Origin: Octopus vulgaris
Lineage: Eukaryota
Assembly (NCBI GenBank): GCA_951406725.2
Contig: OX597815.1
Location: 36,952,001-37,016,000 of the forward strand
Length of the DNA stretch: 64,000 bases
Reading direction: 5' to 3'
Below the pieces are notes generated by a model, which saw only the letters and a list, made by a program, of their open reading frames with translations, did not search any database and was not told the DNA's origin. The position numbers and the translations under genes were made by a program. Of the stretch, positions 1 to 11,144 are shown in pieces. Position 1 is the first letter of the stretch. Each line of letters opens with the position of its first letter.

Positions 1-165
1 GGATCTTTCCTTTTTCTATGTTTCTGACGAAGAGCTCCGCTCGAAACGTTAAATCCTCCTTCTTTCTTTCCTTTCCTTTCCTGAGCGTCCAATAACATTA
101 TACTTGTTCCATGCGTCCTCGCGTTGTTGTGTTTTCTCTTTTTGTTCGTGTTTTGGATTAACTAA
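1..165 (+). mobile_element. PLE-type terminal repeat, family A (contains minimal hammerhead motif)
   Basis: Same ~200 bp sequence recurs at 16081-16295, 21970-22180 and partially 2090-2175, each ending at a (TA)n or (TG)n tract; contains CTGACGA-A-GAGC-TCC-GCTC-GAAACGTT. Confidence 0.75.
20..54 (+). ncRNA. Minimal type-I hammerhead ribozyme motif (family A)
   Basis: GTTT (stem I) CTGACGA(24-30) A GAGC/TCC/GCTC (stem II) GAAA(43-46) CG TT AAAT; palindromic ACGT stem III typical of dimer-forming PLE hammerheads; predicted cleavage near GUU 48-50. Confidence 0.7.
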
Positions 166-411
166 TGTATATATTTTTACATCGACAAAGAGAATTTACG
201 TTAAAGTTTGACTGTGTTAAACGAAAACGATTTTCTCACTACATGTATGTATATTGTGAATGAAGAAGAGAAAACGAAAGAAGAAGACTGAGAGGAAGAG
301 GCATAGGAGAGCATGGGAAAGAGTTAAAGCAGACGGAGAATAAAGAGAAAAAGACAGAGGCGAAAACGAAGAGGAGAAGCAAATGATAAATAACATTAGT
401 AAGTTGTTATT

Positions 412-478
412 GCTATTATTATTATTATTATCATTATTATTATTATTATTAGCAGCAGCAGCAGTAGTAGTAGTAGTG

Positions 479-540
<62 letters not shown>
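412..540. repeat. Compound microsatellite (ATT)n-(AGC)n-(AGT)n
   Basis: Direct reading. Confidence 0.95.
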
Positions 541-541
<1 letters not shown>

Positions 542-719
542 TAAGTTGTAGAAGAAAAAGGAAATACTATAGGTAATAATGAAAGAGGTTATTTCTACCA
601 GAAACTATATAGCAAGAACACAGATTTCTCATTATTCTCTTGAAATGTAATCTAATTCTCATTCTAATCATACAAAGAGTAGCCGTTTCCATGGAAATCT
701 GTTAGAAACAAATACATCT

Positions 720-759
<40 letters not shown>

Positions 760-796
760 AGATGCATGTGTTTCTAACAGATTTCCATGGAGTTTC

Positions 797-848
797 TGAG
801 CTGAAGATAGAAATGTTGTTTTGACTAATCTTGAAACGTACGTTCTCA
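797..848 (+). ncRNA. Type-I hammerhead ribozyme motif (family C, copy 1)
   Basis: TGAG CTGAAGA(801-807) T AGA...TCT T GAAA(833-836) CGTACG TT CTCA; stem I TGAG/CTCA; palindromic ACGTACGT stem III; predicted cleavage after GUU (844). Confidence 0.8.
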
Positions 849-1342
849 AATAACCTTAGCATTTGATTTTTTTAATGTCCTTACCCCCAAACTTTTGTGA
901 GTTGAATTAAGCAAACACTATATATGAGAGAGATTTTCTTTAAGTATTAGAAATAGCTTTAAAAAAGTTTTTTAGCTGCTATTTCTAATGAGTTCAGTAT
1001 GCGGCAAAGTAATTTATTTTACTAAGCCCTTTTATATAATGTAATAATTTGAATTCGCCTTAAATGGTCCCTTTGCATACTGAACACTTGGTGAAATTGA
1101 TTAATAATTAATTAATTTTACCCTCAATTGTTGAAATTATAATTAATCTCCCTCTAATTAATGCTTCGGATTTTACCGAAATAAGCATAGCGTTTGATGA
1201 TTTTAACCCACGCTGGTGGAAAGGGGAGAACAGAAATTCTTCACTTGCTTATTTGGGTTTGTTGGCACTGTTAGTTACGAGCGGATCTTCGAAAGGGTAT
1301 GTTCTTACTTTCAGTGTTTCCAAATCCAAACCAAGGAGTTTC

Positions 1343-1394
1343 TGAGCTGAAGATAGAAATGTTGTTTTGACTAATCTTGAAACGTACGTTCTCA
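1343..1394 (+). ncRNA. Type-I hammerhead ribozyme motif (family C, copy 2)
   Basis: Identical to 797-848; CTGAAGA 1347-1353, GAAA 1379-1382, predicted cleavage after 1390. Confidence 0.8.
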
Positions 1395-1748
1395 AATAAC
1401 CTTAGCATTTGATTTTTTTAATGTCCTTACCCCCAAACTTTTGTGAGTTGAATTAAGCAAACACTATATATGAGAGAGATTTTCTTTAAGTATTAGAAAT
1501 AGCTTTAAAAAAGTTTTTTAGCTGCTATTTCTAATGAGTTCAGTATGCGGCAAAGTAATTTATTTTACTAAGCCCTTTTATATAATATATATATATATAT
1601 ATATATCATCATCATCATTACAGATATAGGGTAAAGAATTATTAATTTAATAAATTAATAAATTTTACCAAGTAGTTTCAGTATGGAAAAGAACCATATT
1701 CAGTAAAAACTTATGCAAGATGTTTTTATATATATATAATTATAACAA

Positions 1749-1793
1749 AATTAAGGGTTTAGCAACAAGCTGCTTCACCTTGTTGCTAAACCC

Positions 1794-1799
<6 letters not shown>
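1749..1799. repeat. Short inverted repeat made of an element 3' terminus
   Basis: AATTAAGGGTTTAGCAACAAG...CTTGTTGCTAAACCCTTAATT; the same terminus occurs at ~48940-48957 and ~6060-6077, next to (TA)n. Confidence 0.8.
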
Positions 1800-1847
<48 letters not shown>

Positions 1848-1850
<3 letters not shown>

Positions 1851-2057
1851 ATCTATAAAATAATATGTTACATTTACTCGGTAGTCAAGATAAAACTCTG
1901 AGTTTCAGATGCCGAAGTGGAAATCTACAACACCATCTCTTCGGTTATCTGGCCAGATAACCGAAGAGATGGTGTTGTGGATTTCCACTTCGGCATCTGA
2001 AACTCAGAGTTTTATCTTGACTACCGAGTAAATGTAACATATTATTTTATAGATAAA
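1848..2057. repeat. 210 bp near-perfect palindrome with a hammerhead motif in each arm
   Basis: Centre GG|CC at 1952/1953, no spacer, one mismatch noticed (1926/1979); left end abuts (TA)n. Confidence 0.95.
1956..2016 (+). ncRNA. Type-I hammerhead ribozyme motif (family D, U4C variant); mirror copy on - strand at 1889-1949
   Basis: GATAA CCGAAGA(1961-1967) GATG..GTGG-ATTT-CCAC..CATC T GAAA(1999-2002) CTC-A-GAG TT TTATC; stem I GATAA/TTATC. Confidence 0.7.
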
Positions 2058-2171
2058 TTTCCTCTATTTACATAATATTGAGGTCTCTTTCTTTCTTATT
2101 TCCTGAGCGCCTATTAATAATAATACTGTAATTGTTCCATTGTTGTTGTTTTTTTGTTTCCCGTTTGGATT

Positions 2172-2199
<28 letters not shown>

Positions 2200-2209
<10 letters not shown>

Positions 2210-2278
2210 AAACAAGTCAAAATAGAAAATGCTAAAGTTATTTTAGCATTTTCTATTTTGACTTGTTTTTTCATATAT
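2200..2278. repeat. Inverted repeat (hairpin) adjoining (TA)n
   Basis: GAAAAAACAAGTCAAAATAGAAAATGCTAAA / TTTAGCATTTTCTATTTTGACTTGTTTTTTC with a ~5 nt loop. Confidence 0.9.
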
Positions 2279-2314
2279 ATCAACTCGTGTGTTCCTTTTC
2301 ACCCTTATACATAC

Positions 2315-2394
<80 letters not shown>

Positions 2395-2395
2395 C

Positions 2396-2590
2396 AGTCG
2401 CAATGATAGATCGGTAGCCACTATACACATTTTTTCGTCTCCTTGTTTCTCTCTTTGTTTCTTTCCGTAGAAGAGCATACGCTCGAACCGTAAAAGACTT
2501 TTTCAATTCCCGAGCGTGATACTAATACATCATTTTGTTTTCTACACCACCTGTCTTCGTCTTTTGTTTTTTTTCGTGAATTCTCCATAA
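2396..2590 (+). mobile_element. PLE-type terminal repeat, family B (hammerhead variant CCGTAGA...GAAC)
   Basis: Homologous to 13385-13610(+), 22240-22428(-) and 24725-25040(-). Confidence 0.75.
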
Positions 2591-2643
2591 AGTACTTGTA
2601 TACCACTACTGCATAAATCTCTCTGAGATATTTAGAAATGTAT

Positions 2644-2685
<42 letters not shown>

Positions 2686-2728
2686 CATACATACATACAT
2701 ACATACATACATACATACATACATACAT

Positions 2729-2797
<69 letters not shown>

Positions 2798-2806
<9 letters not shown>

Positions 2807-3702
2807 AAACTGTAGTTGTGTGAGTGTCTGTCCCCTTCGATTTAGATTCCTAACTACTCCCACATTTTGTGGTGCAGTTTAACCAAATTCGGGTATCTTA
2901 TAGTCGTGATTCATATCGAGCCCGTCTGGCTATTAGCGCGCGTCTACGATGAGTCTACGATTTTAAAAATAATTTAACATCATTTTTTTTCATTTTAACG
3001 CATATTTTTTAAATAAAGGGAAGTTGTTGCTTCTCCCCCTTCTTCCCTCCCTCGTGAAGCTGTGGGGAAGGGAGTGTAAGGAAATCAACGTCGTAAAGCG
3101 TTGTCAAGGAGACCAGCGTTCTTTTAGAACAACGACTTCATGGCTTGAAGACACCAAAACAGAAATGGCTAAGAAAGCCCGAAAGCAAATTCTACAAAAT
3201 CGGGAAACACGCCACACAGGGAAGGTTTCCCGTGCAAAGAATTTGCACAACCGAATGTTTTAGTTGTTGCACAACTTTTACTTAAAAAATATTATCCAAA
3301 CACAAACTTTTGAAGGCAATATTGTATGGCGATGGTACTTATGAAATATGGTAATGGATTTAGTAGCCAAAAGGAGAGAGCAGAGGCATATTATGGTGGT
3401 GGTGGAGGCGGTGTTAGTGGCAGCGGTGGTGGCGGTGGTGCTGGTAGTGGTGATGGTGGTCGTGGTCGTGGTGGTCGTCGTGTTTGTGGTGGTGGTGTTG
3501 TTTTAATGCATTTTTCGCTATTATATAAGGGAAGTAACTCTCTAAAAATGTCTACGATGAGTCAACGATTAAAAAAAAAATTACCATCATTTTTTATTCC
3601 ATTTTTAATGCATTTTTTGCTATTTTTTTGCTATAACTCACTACAAATGCTTATATAGTTATTTCCCTTACAAACCCGAGCAACGCCGGGCGATACTGCT
3701 AG
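2798..3702 (+). mobile_element. Non-autonomous Helitron
   Basis: 3' hairpin CCCGAGCAACGCCGGG (3675-3690) followed by CTAG|T (3699-3702); same type of terminus as the Rep-bearing Helitron at 27835; 5' end merges into (TA)n so the start is approximate. Confidence 0.75.
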
Positions 3703-3819
3703 TATATATATATAAGAGAAGGATATGGATATAATAACAATGGGGGACTCGTGGATTACGCTGGCGTGTTTTTAATTAAATAAGTAACAAAAAAGTAAGA
3801 GGCAGAGATGAGGGTGGCA

Positions 3820-3854
<35 letters not shown>

Positions 3855-3882
3855 GTATGTGTGCATAACTATATATGTGTAT

Positions 3883-4700
3883 CTGTACTCCATACTATCT
3901 CCAATAATGTAAATATCTCCAACGACCTCTCCAGTATACTCAATGACCTTGATCTCCCACATTAAAACATTTTAGTCCAGACGTAATTTTCCTCTACGTT
4001 TTTGTATCTACCTTTCTGGTTATCAACCTGGTGACCGATCACACCATTTATTGCAATCTTCACTGCTTCTGCCTCACAGAAGCTCACCAATCGGTGACTA
4101 TTATTACGAGGAACGCCTACTTCGATTCCGATGACTACATATGTAAACAAATATCGTGACGACAAATGGGACCATCTGTCAAGTTTATTTGCCATTACAT
4201 GTATGGATCAGTTAGAATGGTCCATATATGCGGTTTCTGTCTATCTGCTTACCTATCCCCAATTTTCGATTAAATATCCCAGGGGGTAGCTGCATTAATA
4301 CCAACTTTTTCAGGAAGACAGTCTGTAGGGTTAATTTGTGCACCAAATAGACAACTTTGATATGCTTCGTTCAGCATTAACCCCAACCATGCTAAACGTA
4401 ATAGCACCGCTTACAAAAGTTAGTTTTGGGACACAAGTTATATTTTTGGACCCATTTGATTAGGGGGATTTGGTATTTCCTGGAGATACCTGGTATTTCT
4501 TAAAGGTACCTGGACAACTTTTTTCTAATCTGGTGGTATATATTCTTTTATGATTTGTCTTAGGATTACCTTAAATAACATAAGACGGGTTGAAGTACAA
4601 AATTTGAGTTGCAATATGGATGTGCACTGTGTGTATGGGGTTCCGATACGAGAAGGCTGTTACGGTCGAAGTAACCAAAAACGAGATGTGGTCCGGTGGC
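3883..4700 (-). mobile_element. Decayed Penelope-like element coding fragment (RT-EN linker and GIY-YIG C-terminus) plus 3' flank
   Basis: Minus-strand translation gives GPK..., VLLRLAWLG (cf. PLE VYLRLPWIG) and ..HRLVSFCEAEAVKI..QK; many stops and frameshifts; 3883-3968 is duplicated at 8330-8415 next to an HHR-like motif. Confidence 0.45.
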
Positions 4701-4721
4701 TACATATTTATTATACGTCTT

Positions 4722-5358
4722 CTTATTCTTTTACTTGTTTCGGTAATTGAACTGCTGCCATGCTAGGCCACCACATTAAAGAGTTTAGTCGAACAAATCG
4801 ATCCCAGTATATGGTTTTAGTCTGATACTTATTCTATCATGCTCTTTTTGCCGAGTCGCAAAGTTGCCAGTACGTATACAAACCAACACCGGTTGTCAAG
4901 CGGCTGGAGTGGTGATGTAAATATAGACACACACATATATATATACGACAGGTTTCTCCATTGTTACTGCCAACCAAATTCACTCACAAATCATTCGTTG
5001 GGGTATAGGTATATATATATATATATTTCTTTATTGCCTACAAGGGGCTAAACATAGAGGGGACAAACAAGGACAGACAAAGGGATTAAGTCGATTACAT
5101 TAATCCCAGTACGTAACTGGGGCCTAATTTATTGACCCCGAAAGGATGAAAGGCAAAGTCGACCTCGGCAGAATTTGAACTCACAACGTAACAGCAGACG
5201 AAATACGGCTACGCATTTCGCCCGACATGCTAACGTTTCTGCCAGCTCACCGCCTTTCGTTGGAGTATGGGTATAGTAACAGACTGTTCAAGGGGCTTCA
5301 TTGTGGGATAGAAACCGAAACCACGTGATGCGAAGCGAACTTCTTAGCCACATAGCTA
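4722..5358 (-). mobile_element. Diverged tRNA-derived SINE family S1, interrupted by an S2 SINE
   Basis: Similar to 44683-45099. Confidence 0.75.
5025..5255 (-). mobile_element. SINE family S2
   Basis: Matches 56851-57266; flanked by a ~20 bp imperfect TSD (4994-5013 / 5256-5275). Confidence 0.9.
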
Positions 5359-6124
5359 TCTTTTGTTTCTCACGAATTTTAAATGCATTTCTCTGTCTAA
5401 CGTCGTTGACCCACCACTTCATTATCATATAACTTGTTTGTTCTTCAAAGCCCCGTAGTTTTAACATTTACGAATGCTTTGAATGTAATTGGCTTCAGTG
5501 GCTAATAAGAAGACTTTTGTCACATGGTATAAAGATATTTTTGCGTTTTGAATGTTTTAGTATTGTTCTTAAACGTTTGTCGAAAATTTAAACTTACTTC
5601 GTAAATAGCTTGGTTAGTCGGGGTGAGGTTTGTTTAGCTTGAAGTTCGTTTTTATTTCAAAAGTTGGTCACAATTTTCTTTCTCAAAGAACAACACTTTC
5701 CACATTTACTCACGAAGTTTTCATTTCTTTGGACGAAATTTATTGTGTGTTTTTGATTAAAAAAACAACAAAACTGAGTGTTGCGTTCTGTGTTTGGAAT
5801 AAGTATGTTTTGATTTTAAAAAACCTGTTATTATCGTTAGGAGTATTTTCATTTCACTTTAAATTTTAAGCAGAATTTCAGTGATCGATTGTAAAATGTA
5901 CTTATATCTTCCTTTTACTTGATTGAGTCATTTGAATGCGGCCATGCTGGGGCATTACCTTGACGGGTTTAGTCGAATAAATCAACTGCAGTACTTAACA
6001 TAGTGAAATAGTTAGTTTTAACTGCTATTTTTAAATTTCGGTATGTGGTGAAGCAAATTTTTGCTGAACCTTAATTATAATTATACTCATAATTATAAAA
6101 TTTTTGTTATATATATATATATAA

Positions 6125-6358
6125 AATATGGCATATTTCGGTCATATTTTGCGGAAAAAATCCCTGGAGAAAGACATCATGCTCGGAATGGTCAGTGGCA
6201 AGAGAGGAAGAGGCCGACCAAGAACCCGCTGGCTTGACACCATCAAGAGTGATACAGGAATGGACATACTCAATCTGAAAGAAGCGGCCCAGGATAGAAC
6301 TGACTGGAGGACACTGATCCAACGAGTGACCGAGAGTCGACTTCGACTGAGCAGTTAG
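6125..6358 (+). mobile_element. 5'-truncated RTE-clade (BovB-like) LINE, ORF C-terminus
   Basis: YFGHILRK.SLEKDIMLG.V.GKRGRGRPR.RWLD.I..D...L.EAAQDR..WR is the canonical RTE C-terminal motif; frame open; (TA)n on both sides. Confidence 0.9.
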
Positions 6359-7003
6359 ATATATATATATATATATATAGTTTCTGTCTCTCAAATTCAC
6401 TCACAAGGCATTAATCAGCCTGGGGCTATAGTAAAATACACTTGCACTAGATGCCGAACAGTGAGATAGACCCTGAAAGCACGTGGTTTGCAAAGCAACC
6501 TTCTTAACCCCCATCCTTAACAATTATTTTGTATTTGTTTCTTTCAGTTGTTTTGTAGTTTTCATTTTGCAATTTTGCAGTTTTGCATCTCTGCGACTTC
6601 GTAATCCAATATTTTTGCAAGACTGTATTTCTTTATTTCTGAAAATTCGTAGTTTTGCACTTCACTTATCTTGTGTTTTGCAATTTTTCATTGATTTTGC
6701 ATAAATTTTGCATATTTTTTCGCATATTTTGCACTTTTCCAATTATATTTTTTGCATATTTGCATATTAATAATGGTTGAATCTAGCGTTCCCATCTCAA
6801 CGTACATCTTTGCACATCTACGCATGGCGAGAGAATACCTGCAAATGTATGTGTTGCTAGTCGTACATGTATATGCGCATCTGTATGCATAGTAATGTGT
6901 ATGTGGTTATGTGAATATGCTGATATATTCACGAATATGTGTGCGCCCATGCGCACATTTGTGTAAGAATGTATGGCTGCAGGCTCATGTGCACACACAC
7001 ACA

Positions 7004-7052
<49 letters not shown>

Positions 7053-7186
7053 CACACACATATATAAATAAGGATAAGATCGTTAATCTAAAATAAAATA
7101 AGGATTTTATCAAGTGGTCAAAATACATGGAAAAAAATAACCTTCAAAGGTAATAATTATTAAAATTATAGATACCCTAATTTATA

Positions 7187-7228
<42 letters not shown>

Positions 7229-7807
7229 TCGCGTTACGGTTATATCAGTTACAGGATTTCGCAGTTACGGAAATTGTAAAGTATGATCACTAATTTCGGG
7301 ATACGGTCTGTAATTTCCACGCTTATGGAAACTCGGAGGAATTTTAAAATTTCTAGAAACTACACGTTCTTCTCTACTAAAAGACTGCATATATACATAT
7401 GGCTGTTACTCCATCTTCACAGAAGATTAACGTCTCGTTTTTCTTCCTTGTGGTCAATGACTTTTCCAAGAAGTTTTAATGGAGAAACAAAAAAAGAACC
7501 ATTATTTACAGGACGTACTCAGTAGCAGTCAAGAGAATTGGAGTCATGTCGACGGGGCAAGTTGAAAAGGCACTTAGACCAATCTGGCAAGGGATTTCCT
7601 ACCTTGCCAGAGGAAAAAAATTTGGAACGGTAGAGGTGCAGTTCCGGGAGGTAGATACCACCAGGCTGCACTCAGCTGCATGACCTCTCAGATGATTGCT
7701 TAGTCCCGCTGCAAATCTGCATGGTTTGTGGCATCGCTTCCAACTGGTTAGGTCTTCACGCGTCACCGCTCTTCCCATGCCATAGGACTTTCAATGCAGT
7801 AATTGAC

Positions 7808-8149
7808 ATCTTTTTCTCTTGGCTTTATTGAGAAAATTCTATAGTTTGAAAGATATTTGTTGTTTTTTTTCCTTCAATTTCTGCAATTTCAACCAATCAA
7901 TGACGTCTATTGAGGTGAAAACATTCTGTGCCGTATGAATATGCCCCTCGTTTAAGAAACAGATTGGGTTTATTTACATTTCTGAAGAAAAAAAGATACC
8001 CTCCCCCACCCCTAACCCTAACCCTAACCCTAACTAACCCTAACCCTAAAACAGATTGAAATGCAATAGATCGATATGAGGGTCATAATTATGGGTGACA
8101 ATTTCATATGACACCGCTAGAAAAAACTGCCGTTCAAACCGAAAAGATC
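7808..8149. mobile_element. Truncated non-autonomous DNA element (MITE-like) with internal (CCTAAC)n
   Basis: Ends in AAAAACTGCCGTTCAAACCGAAAAGATC, which I recall as a TIR of an abundant octopus repeat (unverified); an internal piece recurs at ~8818-8867. Confidence 0.55.
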
Positions 8150-8194
8150 TCACTTTTTTCTTTGTTCGATTCTCGTTTCGCTGAATTTGTTATT

Positions 8195-8272
8195 TATGCG
8201 GCAGGTTTCAATCCATATGTTGGTAACTTTGGCTCTGATTGGTAGAGCGCACAGATGGACTCTTCAGACAGG
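8195..8272 (-). ncRNA. Incomplete hammerhead motif (cleavage-site strand lost)
   Basis: Minus strand CCTGT CTGAAGA(8267-8261) GTCCAT..GCTCT-ACCAATC-AGAGC..ATGGAT T GAAA(8209-8206) CCTGC; no UH or stem I 3' strand follows. Confidence 0.5.
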
Positions 8273-9135
8273 TTTCCCGTGTAAGTTGGTATTTAAAATA
8301 TCCAGGCGCCTGTTTAAAAATGATCAACTCTGTACTCCATACTATCTCCAATAATGTAAATATCTCCAACAACGTCTCCAGTATATTCAATGACCTTGAT
8401 CTCCCACATTAAAACCAACCTGGCAAGGGATTTCCTACCTTGCCAGAGGAAAAAAAGTTTGGAACGGTGGAAGTGTAGTTCTGGGAGGTAGATACCGCCA
8501 GGCTACATGACCTCTCAGATGATTGCTTAGTCCCGCTGCAAATCTGCATGGTTTGAGGCATCGCTTCCAACTGGTTAGGTCTTCACACGTCACCGCTCTT
8601 CCAATGCCATAGGACTTTCAGTACAGTAATTGACAAATGAGGTCACCGAAAGGAGACATCGGTATGTGATAGGATTATAGTGATAAACGCTTGTACAACA
8701 CGTGTGTCATTCTCTGAGTCTCCTTGTGGTGTGACAGTGTTGGAGTGTAGTGGCGTGGGATATTGGGTGTGTGGGGGGCTGGTGTGAGAAGAAAGCGCGG
8801 AAGCGAGCAAGTGGAAGCATTCTGTGCTGTATGAATATGTTCCTCGTTTAAGAAACAGATTGGGTTAAACAAAGTGTGAGGTGAAAATTGAAGCAAGAAG
8901 ATTGTGGAGGGTATTCACTGATGAAAAAAAAATATAAGAAATAAATATTAGCGAAAAGTCTCTGAAAGTTACATAACTGAAGTAGAAGCTGGTAAGAAAG
9001 CAAGTACAGGTTTAAGTATAGAAAGAAATAAGAGATAACGGAAAGAGCGATGGAGAAAACACTGGTGAAAAAAGTATAAAAGACATTGAAGAGTTTGTGA
9101 GCGTTACACAATTAATGCAAAGCATGGGAAAGTAG

Positions 9136-9435
9136 GCGGAAGCACATGGCCTAGTGGTTAGAGTAGCGGACTCGCGGTCGAGGGATTGCAGGTTCGAATC
9201 TCAGACCGGGCGGTGTGTATGTTTATGAGCGAAACACCTAAGCTCCACGCGTCTCCAGCAGAAGGTAATGGCGAACCTCTGCTGACTCGTTCGCTACAAC
9301 TTTCTCTCACTCTTTCCTCCTGCATCTTGCAGCTCACCTGCGACGGGCCGGCGTCCCGTCCAGGTGGGGAACCTATACACCAAGAAACCGGGAAACCGGC
9401 CCTTATGAGCCATGCATCGCTCGAGAAGGAACAAA
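9136..9435 (+). mobile_element. tRNA-derived SINE family S3 (tail type 1)
   Basis: A box TGGCCTAGTGG, B box GGTTCGAATC; 13 bp TSD CATGGGAAAGTAG (9123-9135 / 9436-9448). Confidence 0.92.
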
Positions 9436-11072
9436 CATGGGAAAGTAGATGATAAAGAAAAGCAAGCAAAGATGTAAGTACATATAGAGGGTTGGAACAA
9501 AGGGGAGAAAATGGATGAAAAAAATGTTTTTCTTTTTAAAGTAAACATTTTTACACAGTAGAAGTGAATCCTAAGATAGTAATTGGTAAAATCCAAGGGG
9601 AGAAATGGCCGGAGAAATTGGAGTCTGAACAGTGTGACGCGATGCATAGCATGGATGGTTGCAACTAGATTTCGAGCAATGTCACCACTCGACTGTTCTC
9701 TTAAGCGTAAGCATCAGAGATGTTGCTTTTCGCTTTGCTAGGGACCTAAACTCTTTTGCACAGATGTAGCGATGAAGGTGCATCTTGCAGTACGTGTTAA
9801 AAAAACTCATCACCCACGCTGACACAACTTTATTCTATTGCGGAATTTTTCATTGAGTGTTTTGCCTGTTTTCGGTGTCAGCTATCTATAGTATGCAATA
9901 TATAATAGAGATGTTAAAAATCAAACTTTACATGCGCCTGAAGGTTTCTTAAGTAAGGAAAAACCTTGCTTAGAGCCAAGGCTCCTCTCCAAACAACATG
10001 CATTTGCTCAAGAAGGACTAGTCTACATAATTGTATCCGAACGAAGTCTCAGGTGTTACGTCAGATATTTCTTTTTAGAAAGATATTTAAACAAAGATTA
10101 GGGATCTCCCATTCCCAGCTGCTAGATAGCGTTGACTCTTAGTTACCCACATTTCAACAGCTTTTGTTTTTGTCCTGCAGGATGTCTAACGGAAACCGCC
10201 CTACTAACCAACAAGCTTAGTAGTGTTGCCGGTTTATCCGCTGACAGTCTGACAATGCGACAGGCTGTGCCAGGTTACATGCAATAGGTAGCACTAAGAG
10301 TGACCATCCACACACAAGTTATAATCGTTAGTCCTACAAATATATTTTGTTTCGCCTATAACTTTTCGGGAATTGACTACAATGGATGTAATATTTTATT
10401 CATTCTCAGACTTATCTTTAAGCACTCTATTCAAAGTAGCCAGACATAGCTTATTTTGAACATGCCACTCACTGCATGTATCTGTCTGTCTGTCTGTCTC
10501 TTTCTCTCTGTCTCTCTCTCACTCTCTCTCTATATAAATGCATATATATTATGAGCGTGTGTGTTGGAAAATGTTTAGCCGATGAGACCTACATTCCAAA
10601 CAAGTTCGAAGCTCTTATCAGTGACCCTTAGAGAGAAGATTCAATGCTAATTACGTTTTCTCTATTTTCTGAAAATTTGAGCTACCTGATATCAATGAAG
10701 TTATCTCATTGCTTGGTGCTTGTACATTTTAAATAATCTTTGTCGGAGGTTTTGTCTTCAATTCTCAAAGATAACAGTTAATTGAAATTTTTTAACTCAC
10801 CGAATTACATAAGACACTACTGTGTGTAGCTGTGCGCACGCGCGTGTGTTTATGTTTTCTATGCACATTGAGTATTCATAAACGCACATTTTGCATACAT
10901 GCACATTTACTCATGTCTGAAAAGAAAATATGTTGTGCATATGTACGTTTATGTACATGAGTGTACATACATACATACATCATATATATACATACATACA
11001 TACATACATACATACATACATACATACATACATACACACATACATACATACATACATACATACATACATACA

Positions 11073-11104
<32 letters not shown>

Positions 11105-11144
11105 CATATACACACATATATATATGTATATATAAGCAACTTTT

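Larger units (their letters stand above)
789..1586 (+). mobile_element. Partial tandem (1.46 x 546 nt) hammerhead-bearing non-coding element, retrozyme/PLE-pLTR-like
   Basis: 252 bp direct repeat 789-1040 = 1335-1586 (offset 546, no differences noticed), each copy with an HHR; ends in (TA)n. Confidence 0.85.
7578..8634. repeat. ~230 bp direct repeat pair (7578-7807 and 8415-8634), probably PLE-associated
   Basis: Two highly similar copies by eye; the second adjoins the PLE 3' flank at 8330-8415. Confidence 0.85.

Noticed and set aside
8010-8048. (CCCTAA)n telomere-like tract
   Set aside because: Only about six units, internal to a dispersed repeat; not a telomere.
9136-9210. tRNA-like sequence (also the heads of other S1/S3 copies)
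   Set aside because: SINE heads with bodies, tails and TSDs; no complete acceptor stem.
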